DNA of 55,322 bases, filler included, from Squatina squatina (Eukaryota), in the NCBI GenBank assembly GCA_031763465.1. It is 3 parts of 3 records of this genome, joined end to end, with 100 filler letters (N's around TTAATTAATTAA, not from the genome) between each part and the next. Parts side by side here need not be neighbours in the genome. Positions count along the whole stretch, not along the records: positions 41,139 to 55,322 come from JARFOE010000192.1; 2 more parts are not named here. The stretch is one strand, 5' to 3'. The notes below the pieces were generated by a model, which was not told the origin of the DNA, searched no databases, and was given only the letters and a program-made list of their open reading frames with translations. Position numbers and translations under genes: made by a program. Shown one piece after another: positions 42,036 through 53,847 of this stretch (position 1 is the stretch's first letter; each line of letters opens with the position of its first letter).

Positions 42036-42532
42036 TAAGGGACATCTCTATACAAAGAGAAACATTTTAATCTCATTTCCTCTTGTCAGAGACAAGCAGG
42101 CGGATCGAGCACAAAGGTTTGCATGGATTGCAGGCTTCCCCACGGCGCAGGGTGCCGTTGACTGCACGCACATTGCCTTGGGTGCGCCTTGTGTGAACTT
42201 GGCCATTTTCATGAACCAAAAGGGATTTCACTCCCTCAATGTGCAACTGGTGTGCAACGACAGTCAGTGCATCATGCAGGTGAATGCCCGTTATCCTGGC
42301 AGTAGTTTTGATTCCTTCATTCTGCAGCAGTCTTCTGTGCCACCAGTATTTGACCCACCACAGCAAGTCAAAGACTGACTACTGAGTAACAAGGACTATC
42401 CACTCATGACATAGCTCATGACTCCAGTCAGGAACTCACACACACATGCACAGCAGGCCTGCAATGACAGTCTTGCTGCCACAAGGAACATTATAGAGCA
42501 CACCATCAGCGTCCTCAAGCAATGCTTCTGCT
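42036..42532 (+). mobile_element. Decayed PIF/Harbinger (HARBI1-like) DDE transposase fragment
   Basis: FAWIAGFP..QGAVDCTHI...FMNQKGFHSLNVQLVC...VNARYPGS.FDSFIL...*LLSNKDYPL..*LMTP...ATRNIIEHTISVLKQ. In-frame stops, and the second catalytic Asp is changed. Confidence 0.9.
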
Positions 42533-44320
42533 ACCAGCACCTGCGAGGAGACTCTTGGTCTCTCTACCAGGAAACATCAAGACTTGTTTGACGAGAACGA
42601 CCATGTGATTCAGGAGCTGCTAAACCGCAAACGCAAGGCATCCCTGGACTGGAAGCACCGTCAAAGCTCGAGGGAAAGAAAACAGGTCTACAGACAAGCG
42701 AAGGCTGAGGTCCAACAAAAATCTCAGGACCTAAAGAATAGATGGTGGGTCGAAAGAGCGCAGGAGATCCAGCAACTCGCTGACAACAACGACATGCATG
42801 TATTCTTCAGCGCAGTCACCCAAGGACCTACCCCACTGAGAGCTAAGAACAGAGACCTGCTCATCAAGGACAGAGGGGCAGTCAGCGCCTGCTGGAAGGT
42901 GCACTTCGAGAAACTCCCCAACCAAAGCTCGGTGCTCGACGTCTGAGCCCTCAATTTCATCCCACAACACCCGACCCGCCACCACCTCAACACAATCCCT
43001 GCCATACACAAGGTCATAAAGGCCATCAGGCACCTGAAAAACAAGGCCTCCGGCGCAGACAGAATCCCTGCCGAAATACTCAAATACAGCGGTGAGGCAC
43101 TCCTGGCACAAATCCATGACCTTATCTCCCTCATTTGGGAGGAGGAGAGCATGCCAGGAGATCTCAGGGATGCCATAATCGTGACCATCTTCAAGAAAGG
43201 AGACAAGTCGGATTGCGGAAACTGCAGAGGGGTCTCCATGCTGTCCGCCACAGGGAAGGTCATCGCAAGACCCCTCCTCAATCGTCTCCTGCCAGTGGCT
43301 GAAGAGCTCCTCCCTGAGTCACAATGCAGTTTCCGCCCATCTAGGGGTACAAGGGACGTGATCTTCAGTGCACGCCAAATCCAAGAAAAGTGCAGGGAGC
43401 AGCATCAACCTCCATACATAGCCTTCTTTGACCTTACGAAGGCCTTCGACTCTGTCAACTGGGAGAGATTATGGAGTGTTTGGCTGCCCCCTAAAATTTG
43501 TCACCATCCTCCGCCTGCTTCAGGACGACATGCAAGCAGTGATTCTCACCAACGGCTCAACCACAGACCCAATTCAAGTGCATACTGGGTCAAGCAAGGC
43601 TGTGTCATCACACCAGTGCACTTCTCTATCTTCCTCTCTGCAACACTCCATCCCATTTCCATGAAGCTCCCCACTGGAGTTGAGCTAATCTACAGGACAA
43701 GTGGGAAACTCTTCAACCTCCGCCGCCTCCAGTCCAAATCCAAGATCACCCCGACCTCTGTCATTGAGCTGCAATATGCAGACAATGCCTGCGTGTGCGC
43801 ACACTAGGAGGCTGAGCTCCAATCCATCGTCAATTTATTCACTGAGGCTGGGCCTCACACTGAGCATCTGCAAGACAAAGGTCCTACACCAGCTTGCCCC
43901 AGCCACACACCACCAACTCTCAAATATCAAGATCCACGGCAAGCCCCTGGACAACATGGAACACTTCCCATATCTTAGGAGCCCACTCTCAGCAAGGGCA
44001 GACATAGATGACGAAATCCAACACTGTCTCCAGTGTGCCAGCACAGCCTTCGGTCGCCTGAGGAAGAAAGCGTTTGAAGACAATGACCTCAGACCCGGCA
44101 ACAAGCTCATGGTCAAAAGGGCAGCCGTGATACCTGCCCTCCTGTATGCATCGGAGACATGGTCACTGTACAGCAGACACCTCAAAGCACCGGAGAAATA
44201 CCACCAACGCTGCCTCTGCAAAATCGTGCAGATAAATGCCAATGTCAGCATCCTCTCTCAGGCCAACATCCCCAGCATCGAGGCACTGGTCACGCTCAAC
44301 CAACTGCGATGGGTGGGTCA
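42533..44320 (+). mobile_element. 5'-truncated, degenerate RTE-clade LINE reverse-transcriptase ORF (3' end in gap)
   Basis: KHQDLFDEND, RDAIIVTIFKKGDKSDCGNCRGVS, LPESQCSFR..RGTRD.IF..RQIQEKCREQ, AFFDLTKAFDSV, VKQGCV, LQYADN, FPYLRS, ALLYASETW, QLRWVG. Stops and frameshifts present. Confidence 0.93.
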
Positions 44321-46097
44321 NNNNNNNNNNNNNNNNNNNNNNNNNNNNNNNNNNNNNNNNNNNNNNNNNNNNNNNNNNNNNNNNNNNNNNNNNNNNNNNN
44401 NNNNNNNNNNNNNNNNNNNNATGTCTAAATCAAAGCACACAAGGGACCATTAATACATCTTTTAATGCTAAACAAATCTTTACTTGAAAATGTCTCACTT
44501 AAGAAATATTATACTGCCATCAAATTGTTACATAAATTTATCAAATTATTAATTTACAGGTAACTAATTAGACAATTATTATTTTCCTACCTATATGTGC
44601 ATTACTCATAGTGGTCACGTATATTTATGTATGAGGGTGTATGAGACTTTATGTGAGTATGCCTGTTCTGAAATTTGTGTATACTCAGGGGTTGATGTGA
44701 TAAAAGCAGAAGTATAACCAGAATCCCCAGGTCTTATCTGAACACAATACCACCTGACATCCCATGAAGTATTAATGTACTCTTTTTATTTTTGAAAAGA
44801 AAAGGCAGATCCGTAGGAAAAGAAATACCAAAATATGTTACCGTTGTGTAATATAAATTGAGCACATAATGCTAAGCACTGCCATCTCACACTGGAGCAA
44901 GACCATCATAAGCTGCTTTCCAACTGTCTCACTCATGAGTTTTTAAGCTGTTGCTTACTCATGGGATAAATGCAATAACATGACATCCTGTATGTGTTTT
45001 ACATCTGTAAGAACAGGAGTCTTGATTTGTAATTGTGTGTCCATTATTTAAAGATATATGTTTAGTATATATGATTTTATTTTTTTCTTGGTTTCTTTAC
45101 AGCTAATATTGAAAACCATTAATGTACATAACAAGCAGCTACCAAACCCCTTAGCCTTTCCTGCTCTCCCAGGAAAACCCACATGACAATATTAACTAGT
45201 GCAATACGACCATGAGAAAACAAGGCATGATTTAGTACAAATAAGGATACCTATTAAGAAGTGTATATCCAAACCTGTGAGCTCAGGAACAATTCCAAAA
45301 GGCATTTAGACAATGACTGTTTGTTTTTGTTTGAATTGTAACCTCATAATCTCCAGCAGTTAATGACAACCCTCATTCTAAAGCAGCAGGACTGCACAAT
45401 CACTGTTTGATTGATCACGACTGACTGAAATTGGCCTAGAAAAGCACACATGTCTGCATTTTTTCTCCTTGCATGCTGACTGTGATTCTTTGTAGCTTGC
45501 TTTGGACTGTACATGTAAGTCTGATTTCCTTCTAATTTGATTTTAGTAGCAACTGCCAAGTTTGCAGATAGAAAACTTGTGTGGAGGGTAAACTGGTTCG
45601 GCCAAATGGCCCGTTTCCATGTTGTAACTTCTATGTATTCCTATGGATTTTGAAAGCAGACAGAAATGTTCTAATAATTACCTGATTAGCACTTCTGTCT
45701 TGTTGATAGAATAGGTAAACATTCTAATTAATACTACCTGTCAGTCAGAGAATTTCCTCACCTTTATTTCAGTTATATTTTCAAATTAAGAAACAAATGA
45801 GTTGAATTTTGAAAGCATACAGCGAAACTGTAATTATCACTACTGTTCTGTTGATAGTAATTAGAATGTTTACATTTTCTTGCAATGAGAGAGAGACCGA
45901 AATATGCCTCCAGGAAGCAGGAATAAAGTGTGTGTACACATGTGGCAGTGTACAAGGCTGTGAGCGTGCTTTTGAGGCAGTGTGGGTGCGTAAATGTGGC
46001 AGTAAACGGTCAGAACAGGTATTGGAACAGGCTATCAGTACAGGTACTGGTGCGTTTCACTCACTCATTTCTTTCTGTATTTGTGTTAATTTGTCGG

Positions 46098-46228
46098 GAA
46101 ATGAGGCAGCAGAAAAAGACACTGAAGAAAACTCGTAAGTTTATGGTAGATGGTGTCGAGGTAAAAGTGACGACGTCAAAAATCGTTACCGATAATGACA
46201 AAAACAATGAAGAAATGAGGTACCTCAG
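46098..46228 (+). CDS. SLK: Internal exon of STE20-like kinase SLK (SLK/STK10 family), start of the C-terminal coiled-coil region; 5' boundary uncertain
   Basis: [44 protein letters not shown] closely matches [30 protein letters not shown]. Donor AG|gtaaga at 46229. Confidence 0.88.
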
Positions 46229-46991
46229 GTAAGAGACCGATCTCTGCTCATTTTTGCTGAATGCTAATAGTGACTTGTGCCAGTTTTGGGAAGTGTTTCA
46301 TAGGAGTCAATTTTGTGTTTGGAGCAAATGACTTTCTGATGAATTTCTAATCCTGGATTGGAATTATCCCTCCGTGAGGGTCAACATGAAATGGTGTTTG
46401 TGGCAGCATTTGAATTTCTAGTATTTTTATAACCTAGTGATTTCACTGTGGCTCCCATGAGCAAGCTTATCCACCGATATCAGGAAATTGTACCGTCCAA
46501 TAATCTGCCATTGCAGGCTTGTGTGACCTGAAGATTAATAATTTATTTCATTACTTCCAGAAATTTACTTCCTAGATTAAGGAAAGACCTGTGTTTAAAG
46601 AGCACCTCATCACCTCTCAGACGGGTTTCAGTGTTTCATGTACAGTGAACTAGTTTGAATTGTGGTGACCTTTCATTTACATAAATGCAATCTTATACTT
46701 ACAATGGATATTAAACTCAGACTGGAATTTTTCAAACTACAACTAATATCATTATAATGTAGTAAAAACTTAAGTCAAAAAAGTTATAAAAATACTGAGA
46801 GTACAGCATATTAGACAAAAATACAACAAGAAGCTCTAATGGGCCTGTTGCCCTTTTGTAAGAATATCCTCTGACATAAAAAGAGAGTTTCTGATACTTG
46901 TTGGAAAGAGTTCTACCTCTGAATAGCAAATGCTACCTGTTTTTATCTGCTCTCACTAGTTTCAGAACTGGCATATTGATTTGAAGCATAG

Positions 46992-47064
46992 AGAATTGGT
47001 TGGCAGACAGGAAGCAAAGAGTAGGAATAAACGGGTCCTTTTCAGAGTGGCAGGCAGTGACTAG
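46992..47064 (+). mobile_element. CR1 RT fragment at contig end
   Basis: NWLADRKQRVGINGSFSEWQAVTS. Confidence 0.75.
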
Positions 47065-47164
47065 NNNNNNNNNNNNNNNNNNNNNNNNNNNNNNNNNNNN
47101 NNNNNNNNNNNNNNNNNNNNNNNNNNNNNNNNNNNNNNNNNNNNNNNNNNNNNNNNNNNNNNNN

Positions 47165-47510
47165 CTGCTATTATCTGTTTACTACATTTCCAAGCTTTGT
47201 GACATCTGTAAACTTTGAAATCATGCTCTGTACACCCAAGTCCAGGTTATTAATATACATCAAAAAGAGCAGTGGTTCCAACCCCTGGGGAACCCCACTG
47301 TGCACTTCCTTCCAGTTTGAATAAAAACATTCACCACTAATATCTGCTTTCTGTCCCTCTGCCAATTTTGTATTCATGCTGACTCTGACAATTTAATCCC
47401 ATGGGTTTCAAATTTGCTCACAATTCTATTATGTGGTACTTTATCAAACACCTTTTGAAGGTCTATATACAAAACATTAACTGCACTATCCTCATCCACC
47501 CTCTCCGTTA
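47165..47510 (-). mobile_element. CR1 RT fragment
   Basis: VYIDLQKVFDKVPH upstream, and WKEVHSGVPQG.EPLLFL.YINNLD.GV...ISKFTD.TKLG. Confidence 0.8.
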
Positions 47511-47528
47511 TTTTAATCGACAAGCTCA

Positions 47529-47786
<258 letters not shown>

Positions 47787-47991
47787 TCAATGGACAAGCT
47801 CACAGCACAACATCTTTCAAGGAGCTAGGACACTGCTGCTATTTATCGGCACAACTGTCAACAACAGAATTTACAGCTGTCTATGTAAACAAACTGCTTA
47901 AATTGCCATTTTCTCTTCCAGTTTGGTGACAAACATCGTGAACATTTTTCTCAGCTTTAATATTTTAAACCATGTGCTTTCTCTTCTGTAG

Positions 47992-50900
47992 GGCGTCTAA
48001 GTGGCGTGTTTCATTATGATCAGCGGATTCGCTATTCACTTACTTTTCCTGCTGCTAAACTGGCCTGTGAGCAAGACTTTGGAGCTGTGGTGGCAACTAG
48101 GGATCAACTTCACAGCGCCTACCTTGCTGGGCTAGAGGAATGCAGAGCAGGTTGGATTTCATCAGGAGAAGTAGCTTATCCCAGGATACACAGAAACTGG
48201 AAATGTGGCCAAAACAGAATCGGCATTATATCATATGGAGTCAAAAAGAACCTGCTAGAAAAATGGGATGTGTATTGTTATAAAGTTGATGATGACTGCT
48301 CTGCTTATAATAAATCACTACAGTTGGAAGATAAAACTTCTAGCAGCAAATCAGTGAATCTGTTATTGGGCACAATACTACCTTCCTCATCGAAGAATGT
48401 TTCCAAGGAACAAGAAGTTGCTGAACCAGGTCTGACCCGGNNNNNNNNNNNNNNNNNNNNNNNNNNNNNNNNNNNNNNNNNNNNNNNNNNNNNNNNNNNN
48501 NNNNNNNNNNNNNNNNNNNNNNNNNNNNNNNNNNNNNNNNNNNNNNNNNNNNNNNNNNNNNNNNNNNNNNNNNNNNNNNNNNNNNNNNNNNNNNNNNNNN
48601 NNNNNNNNNNNNNNNNNNNNNNNNNNNNNNNNNNNNNNNNNNNNNNNNNNNNNNNNNNNNNNNNNNNNNNNNNNNNNNNNNNNNNNNNNNNNNNNNNNNN
48701 NNNNNNNNNNNNNNNNNNNNNNNNNNNNNNNNNNNNNNNNNNNNNNNNNNNNNNNNNNNNNNNNNNNNNNNNNNNNNNNNNNNNNNNNNNNNNNNNNNNN
48801 NNNNNNNNNNNNNNNNNNNNNNNNNNNNNNNNNNNNNNNNNNNNNNNNNNNNNNNNNNNNNNNNNNNNNNNNNNNNNNNNNNNNNNNNNNNNNNNNNNNN
48901 NNNNNNNNNNNNNNNNNNNNNNNNNNNNNNNNNNNNNNNNNNNNNNNNNNNNNNNNNNNNNNNNNNNNNNNNNNNNNNNNNNNNNNNNNNNNNNNNNNNN
49001 NNNNNNNNNNNNNNNNNNNNNNNNNNNNNNNNNNNNNNNNNNNNNNNNNNNNNNNNNNNNNNNNNNNNNNNNNNNNNNNNNNNNNNNNNNNNNNNNNNNN
49101 NNNNNNNNNNNNNNNNNNNNNNNNNNNNNNNNNNNNNNNNNNNNNNNNNNNNNNNNNNNNNNNNNNNNNNNNNNNNNNNNNNNNTTGACATCCACAGTAT
49201 TTACCAAGGAAATATTAAAACATTCTTCATCAGTTTTTGAAGATCAGCAGGAGTTTATTGGGGTTACTATCTCGACAGTGACTCTTGAATCTGCTAAACA
49301 TGTAGCCAACTCTGTGATTACAACTCAAACAGTGCAACCAAACATCCATTTGGTGACAAGAAAACAAATGTCTTCATCTCAAATATCACCAGTTATAGGA
49401 GTCTCAACAGAAGCTGATGATAAATTAAGAAGACCAGTGACAAATACATTTGAAACTGAGATAACTTCATCTGTCATTCACACTGTAGCACCAGGGCTAC
49501 CCTTAGAGGATGCTATTATTGACACAAAGGATCCACATCATCAATCTGCCTTAAAACTCAAAAGGAACTCTTTGAACGGATTAGGACAGTTCTCTTCATC
49601 AGATTGGAATCAGGAGTGGAAAAATGAACATGTTGATGCAGTTAACAATACACATTCAGTGTTGAACCTGGAGAAAACTGTTGCAGATATGAGAAAAAGT
49701 GACAAATCAGAATTGTCTNNNNNNNNNNGAGGAATATTATACTAAAGGGGAAGTCGGTCTACTAGATACAGTTAATACAAAAGGAACAAAGCTTTTGGGA
49801 AAGGTTGGTAAGGATAGTACAGCCCAGCAACTGACACCCACTACACATCTTCTGCCAGTTTCACGAAATATAGTGTCAATAACAGACAATGCTGCGCTGT
49901 CGGAGATGACCACTACAGGGGATAATTTTCACCCGAAGACACTTAAAATAGAGGACATTTCAAATCCAACTGGAAAGAAACAGGACCATCAAGGTACAGT
50001 TCTGCTTGATTCAACCAGGAGAGGTGATACAACCCTTTCAGGAACAGAGAATAGTTATAAAGCTGTGGCGAACTATCTGCAGTTATATGGTACAGGTCTT
50101 CCACAAAGTGTAGATACAAAAATACAGCAGGCTACATCTGGTCTGGATGAAGTAGCTTTTCTAGGGATATCCACTGCAGGCATAAATGTAGAGCTTGTTA
50201 CAGTCCAAGCAAAAGGAGTTTCACAAGCAGCAGTTTCCAGCATAGACCAACTGCAGAAAGTAAATATAAAATCAAACCTCAGTGTAAATAACAATGAAGA
50301 AGAATCATTTGGATCCAGAGTGAATGATGGGATCAAGTTACATACACCTATTAAACACAATCCAGAATCACAAGCAACAGTTAGTACAGAAAGAAATGCA
50401 CAAGTAGATGCAACCAGTGAAATAAATACAGTCCAACCAATTGCATACAGTATAGATCACACATCTGAATCAGTGCTAACAGTAGGTAGTCTAGTTCTGT
50501 CCATTATAACCACACCCTTAAGCAAATTTCAGCAATCCACAGACAGTGAAAAGATGGAATCTAGCATATCAAGTGGAGAAAGAACATTTCAACCAAACGC
50601 TTCCAGTGGAGATACAAGAAAAATGCAAGGGAATTTGGCCCATCAAAAAGAAAGCCTAAACAAAGATAGTCTTCTTCAGACACCCATACACTCCCTAGGC
50701 GACGTACAACAATATCTCACCTCTAATGCAGAAGATAAAGCTGTCAGTGTAACAACCAGTAAGAATTATTTACATATGATCAGAAACGATGGCAAAGTTC
50801 AGNNNNNNNNNNTCAGCCTTTAGTAGACAAAGGTACAAGTACACTCCAGGCAGTTACAACTATTGCTGACATCTTAGAGCCATCTTTCAGACTTGGTAAA

Positions 50901-51279
50901 AAGAGTATGGCACAGCAAATCTCTTCTGAAGATATTACTGGAGATATTTCAGGCACATCCATTGGAGCACACAGAGACCAGCCTGTAACAGGCACAGAAG
51001 GGACTTCATTACCGAAAGAGGAAACTGGCCAATATTCTGTGACACCTTTGACAGGTGTGGAGATATTTTCCTCATTGGATGTTACAAATGTTGCCAACAT
51101 CACAGATATTGTCACTGAGTTTTTGTCTTCAGCTGCATCATCCACAAGCCCTGTTTCTGTGCAAACACCTGCAGCAAATGGGTCATTAAAGTTTCATCTG
51201 CTGGACACACTATCCTCTCCTTTAATGCCACCAAAAGGAGACAATGTACTTCCATCTACTTCCTCATTTGTGACATTAG
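47992..51279 (+). CDS. Large coding exon of an unrecognised mosaic gene: Link (hyaluronan-binding-type) module (~48003-48284) followed by a long Ser/Thr-rich mucin/proteoglycan-like stalk; interrupted by N gaps
   Basis: Acceptor tgctttctcttctgtAG at 47990-47991. Translation GVFHYDQRIRYSLTFPAAKLACEQ...GLEECRAGW...VAYPR...CG...GIISYG...WDVYCYK has the four Link cysteines and CxAGW/YP/WDxYCY motifs. Open S/T-rich reading continues in every sequenced block (49185-49718, 49729-50802, 50813-51279). Donor G|gtaagt at 51280. Confidence 0.9.
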
Positions 51280-51379
51280 GTAAGTGAAGGTTTACCTAAA
51301 TATAAATAAAATCATTAAGCGTATTAGTTTTTAATTATAAAGAACCTGACCAAGGTTGGAGCAATAGATCTCACAGCAC

Positions 51380-51753
51380 ATAGAATCACAGAGGTTTATG
51401 GCATGGAAGGAGGCCATTCAACCCATTGTGTTTGTTGCCGGCCAAAAAAGAGCTATCTAGCCTAACCCACTTTCCAGCTCTTGGTCCATAGCCTTGTAGG
51501 TTATGGCAATTCAAGTGCATATCCAAATAATTTTGATATGTGATGAGAGTTTCTGCATCTAGTGCCTTTTCAGGTAGTGACTTCCAGACCCCTACCATCC
51601 TCTGGGTGAAAAATATTCTCAACTCTCCTCTAATCCTTCTACCAATTACCTCAAATCTACGCCCCCTGATTATTGACCTCTCTGCTGAGGGAAATAGGTC
51701 CTTCCTATCCATTCTATCTAGGCCCCTCATAATTTTATACACCTCAATTAAAT
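51380..51753 (-). mobile_element. CR1-clade LINE 3' end (different subfamily), intronic
   Basis: YKIMRGLDRMDRKDLFP...FFTQRMVGVWKSLP on the minus strand, ending aatggcctccttcc...tgtgattctatg. Confidence 0.85.
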
Positions 51754-51853
51754 NNNNNNNNNNNNNNNNNNNNNNNNNNNNNNNNNNNNNNNNNNNNNNN
51801 NNNNNNNNNNNNNNNNNNNNNNNNNNNNNNNNNNNNNNNNNNNNNNNNNNNNN

Positions 51854-52398
51854 TTGTGTACAATTTTGATCTCCTTACCTAAGGAAGGATATACTTGCCA
51901 TAGAGGGAGTGCAACGAAGGTTCACGAGACTGATTCCTGGGATGGGAGGGATTGTCCTATGAGGAGAGATTAGTTGTCTAGGCCTATATTCTCCAGAGTT
52001 TAGAAGAATGAGAGCTGATCTCATTGGAACCTACAGATTTCTTACAGGTAGATGCAGGGAGGATGTTTCCCTTGACTGGGGAGTCCAGAACAATGGGTCA
52101 CAGTCTCAGAATAAGGGGTTGGCCATTTAGGACTGAGATGAGAAATTTCTTCATTCAGAGGGTAGTGAATCTTTGGAATTCTCTACCCCAAAGGGCTGTG
52201 GAAGCTCGGTCGTTGAGCATATTCAAGACAGAGATCGATATATTTTTGAATATTAAGGGTATCAAGGGATATGGGAATAGTGCAGGAAAGTGGAATTGAG
52301 GTAGAAGATTAGCCATGATCTCATTGAATGGTGGAGCAGGCTTGAGGGGCCAAATGGACTACTCCTGCTCCTATTTCTTATGTTCTTATGTTCTTATG
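51854..52398 (+). mobile_element. CR1-clade (HER1-like) LINE 3' end with (TTCTTATG)n tail, intronic
   Basis: RMFPL.GESRT.GHSLRIRG.PFRTEMRNFF.QRVVNLWNSLP, followed by 3' UTR ...ctactcctgctcctatttcttatgttcttatgttcttatg. Confidence 0.9.
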
Positions 52399-52402
52399 TT
52401 AG

Positions 52403-52628
52403 ATTCATGTGGTGGCATGATGAGACAAACCAAAGGAAGATTTCAGACACCACACTATCCACAGTCCTACCCGAGTGACATGGACTGCACCTGGGAGATT
52501 GAAGCTCCTCCTGGATATCTCATCCGTTTGAATTTTACTTCTTTGTTTATCGAAGAACACAGAACATGCAAGTATGATTATGTGGTTGTTTATGATGGCA
52601 AAGGGCCCAGCAAAGTGGAAATGGGCAG
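52403..52628 (+). CDS. Mosaic gene exon: N-terminal part of CUB domain
   Basis: (D)SCGGMMRQTKGRFQTPHYPQSYPSDMDCTWEIEAPPGYLIRLNFTSLFIEEHRTCKYDYVVVYDG...MGR fits the CUB pattern CGG..F.SP.YP..YP...C.W.I...C.YDYV.VYDG. AG at 52401-52402, phase 1 matching the upstream exon (G|AT=Asp). Donor AG|gtaatt at 52629. Confidence 0.93.
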
Positions 52629-53387
52629 GTAATTATGAATTATAAACACAGAGGTCTATANNNNNNNNNNNNNNNNNNNNNNNNNNNNNNNNNNNNNNNN
52701 NNNNNNNNNNNNNNNNNNNNNNNNNNNNNNNNNNNNNNNNNNNNNNNNNNNNNNNNNNNNNNNNNNNNNNNNNNNNNNNNNNNNNNNNNNNNNNNNNNNN
52801 NNNNNNNNNNNNNNNNNNNNNNNNNNNNNNNNNNNNNNNNNNNNNNNNNNNNNNNNNNNNNNNNNNNNNNNNNNNNNNNNNNNNNNNNNNNNNNNNNNNN
52901 NNNNNNNNNNNNNNNNNNNNNNNNNNNNNNNNNNNNNNNNNNNNNNNNNNNNNNNNNNNNNNNNNNNNNNNNNNNNNNNNNNNNNNNNNNNNNNNNNNNN
53001 NNNNNNNNNNNNNNNNNNNNNNNNNNNNNNNNNNNNNNNNNNNNNNNNNNNNNNNNNNNNNNNNNNNNNNNNNNNNNNNNNNNNNNNNNNNNNNNNNNNN
53101 NNNNNNNNNNNNNNNNNNNNNNNNNNNNNNNNNNNNNNNNNNNNNNNNNNNNNNNNNNNNNNNNNNNNNNNNNNNNNNNNNNNNNNNNNNNNNNNNNNNN
53201 NNNNNNNNNNNNNNNNNNNNNNNNNNNNNNNNNNNNNNNNNNNNNNNNNNNNNNNNNNNNNNNNNNNNNNNNNNNNNNNNNNNNNNNNNNNNNNNNNNNN
53301 NNNNNNNNNNNNNNNNNNNNNNNNNNNNNNNNNNNNNNNNNNNNNNNNNNNNNNNNNNNNNNNNNNNNNNNNNNNNNNNNNNNNNNN

Positions 53388-53511
53388 GGATCTGAGATGC
53401 CACCACAGCTCCAGGGATCTTCCAATACAATGAGCATTACAATGAGGTCTGACTCCTCTATGGAACTAGAGGGATTTTCAGCTCAATTCAGCACTTTTCA
53501 AATTCCAGCAG
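53388..53511 (+). CDS. Mosaic gene exon: C-terminal part of CUB domain (5' end in gap)
   Basis: GSEMPPQLQGSSNTMSITMRSDSSMELEGFSAQF matches the CUB C-terminus (G..P....SS.N.M.I.F.SD.S....GF.A.F). Donor G|gtaaat at 53512. Confidence 0.9.
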
Positions 53512-53687
53512 GTAAATGTTATTTTCATGGACTTTAAGAAACTTTTTGTTTGTTTGTTGAAGTACAAATTGTAGAATTTGGAGGTAATCTTTTTTATCCC
53601 ATATTTAGAAGCTGCCAACTAATTTAGTGGGACCTGAAGTTGCTGACATGCTCATTTTCTTGCTCTCTCTGTCTCTACTATCTTTAG

Positions 53688-53847
53688 GTTATATCCGTCT
53701 GGTTGGAGGAAAGAATATATATAATGGTGCAATAGAAATTTTGTCTGGTGGGCACTGGGGAGGAATATGTGCTAAACGGTGGACCAATAGAGATGCCATG
53801 GTAGTGTGCCATCAGCTAGGCTTCAGTGGACCAGCTTTAGCTACAAG
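53688..53847 (+). CDS. Mosaic gene exon: first half of a scavenger-receptor cysteine-rich (SRCR) domain
   Basis: (G)YIRLVGGKNIYNGAIEILSGGHWGGICAKRWTNRDAMVVCHQLGF matches SRCR IRLVGG...G.VE...G.WG.IC...W...DA.VVC.QLG. Pyrimidine-rich acceptor ending 53687, phase 1 matching the previous exon. Donor AG|gtaaat at 53848. Confidence 0.93.

Noticed and set aside
42036-42532. Domesticated HARBI1 gene
   Set aside because: In-frame stops, an altered catalytic motif and interruption by a LINE.
47992-53511. Calling the gene TNFAIP6 (TSG-6), CD44, versican or DMBT1
   Set aside because: The long stalk plus downstream SRCR and fibrinogen-like exons fit none of these architectures.
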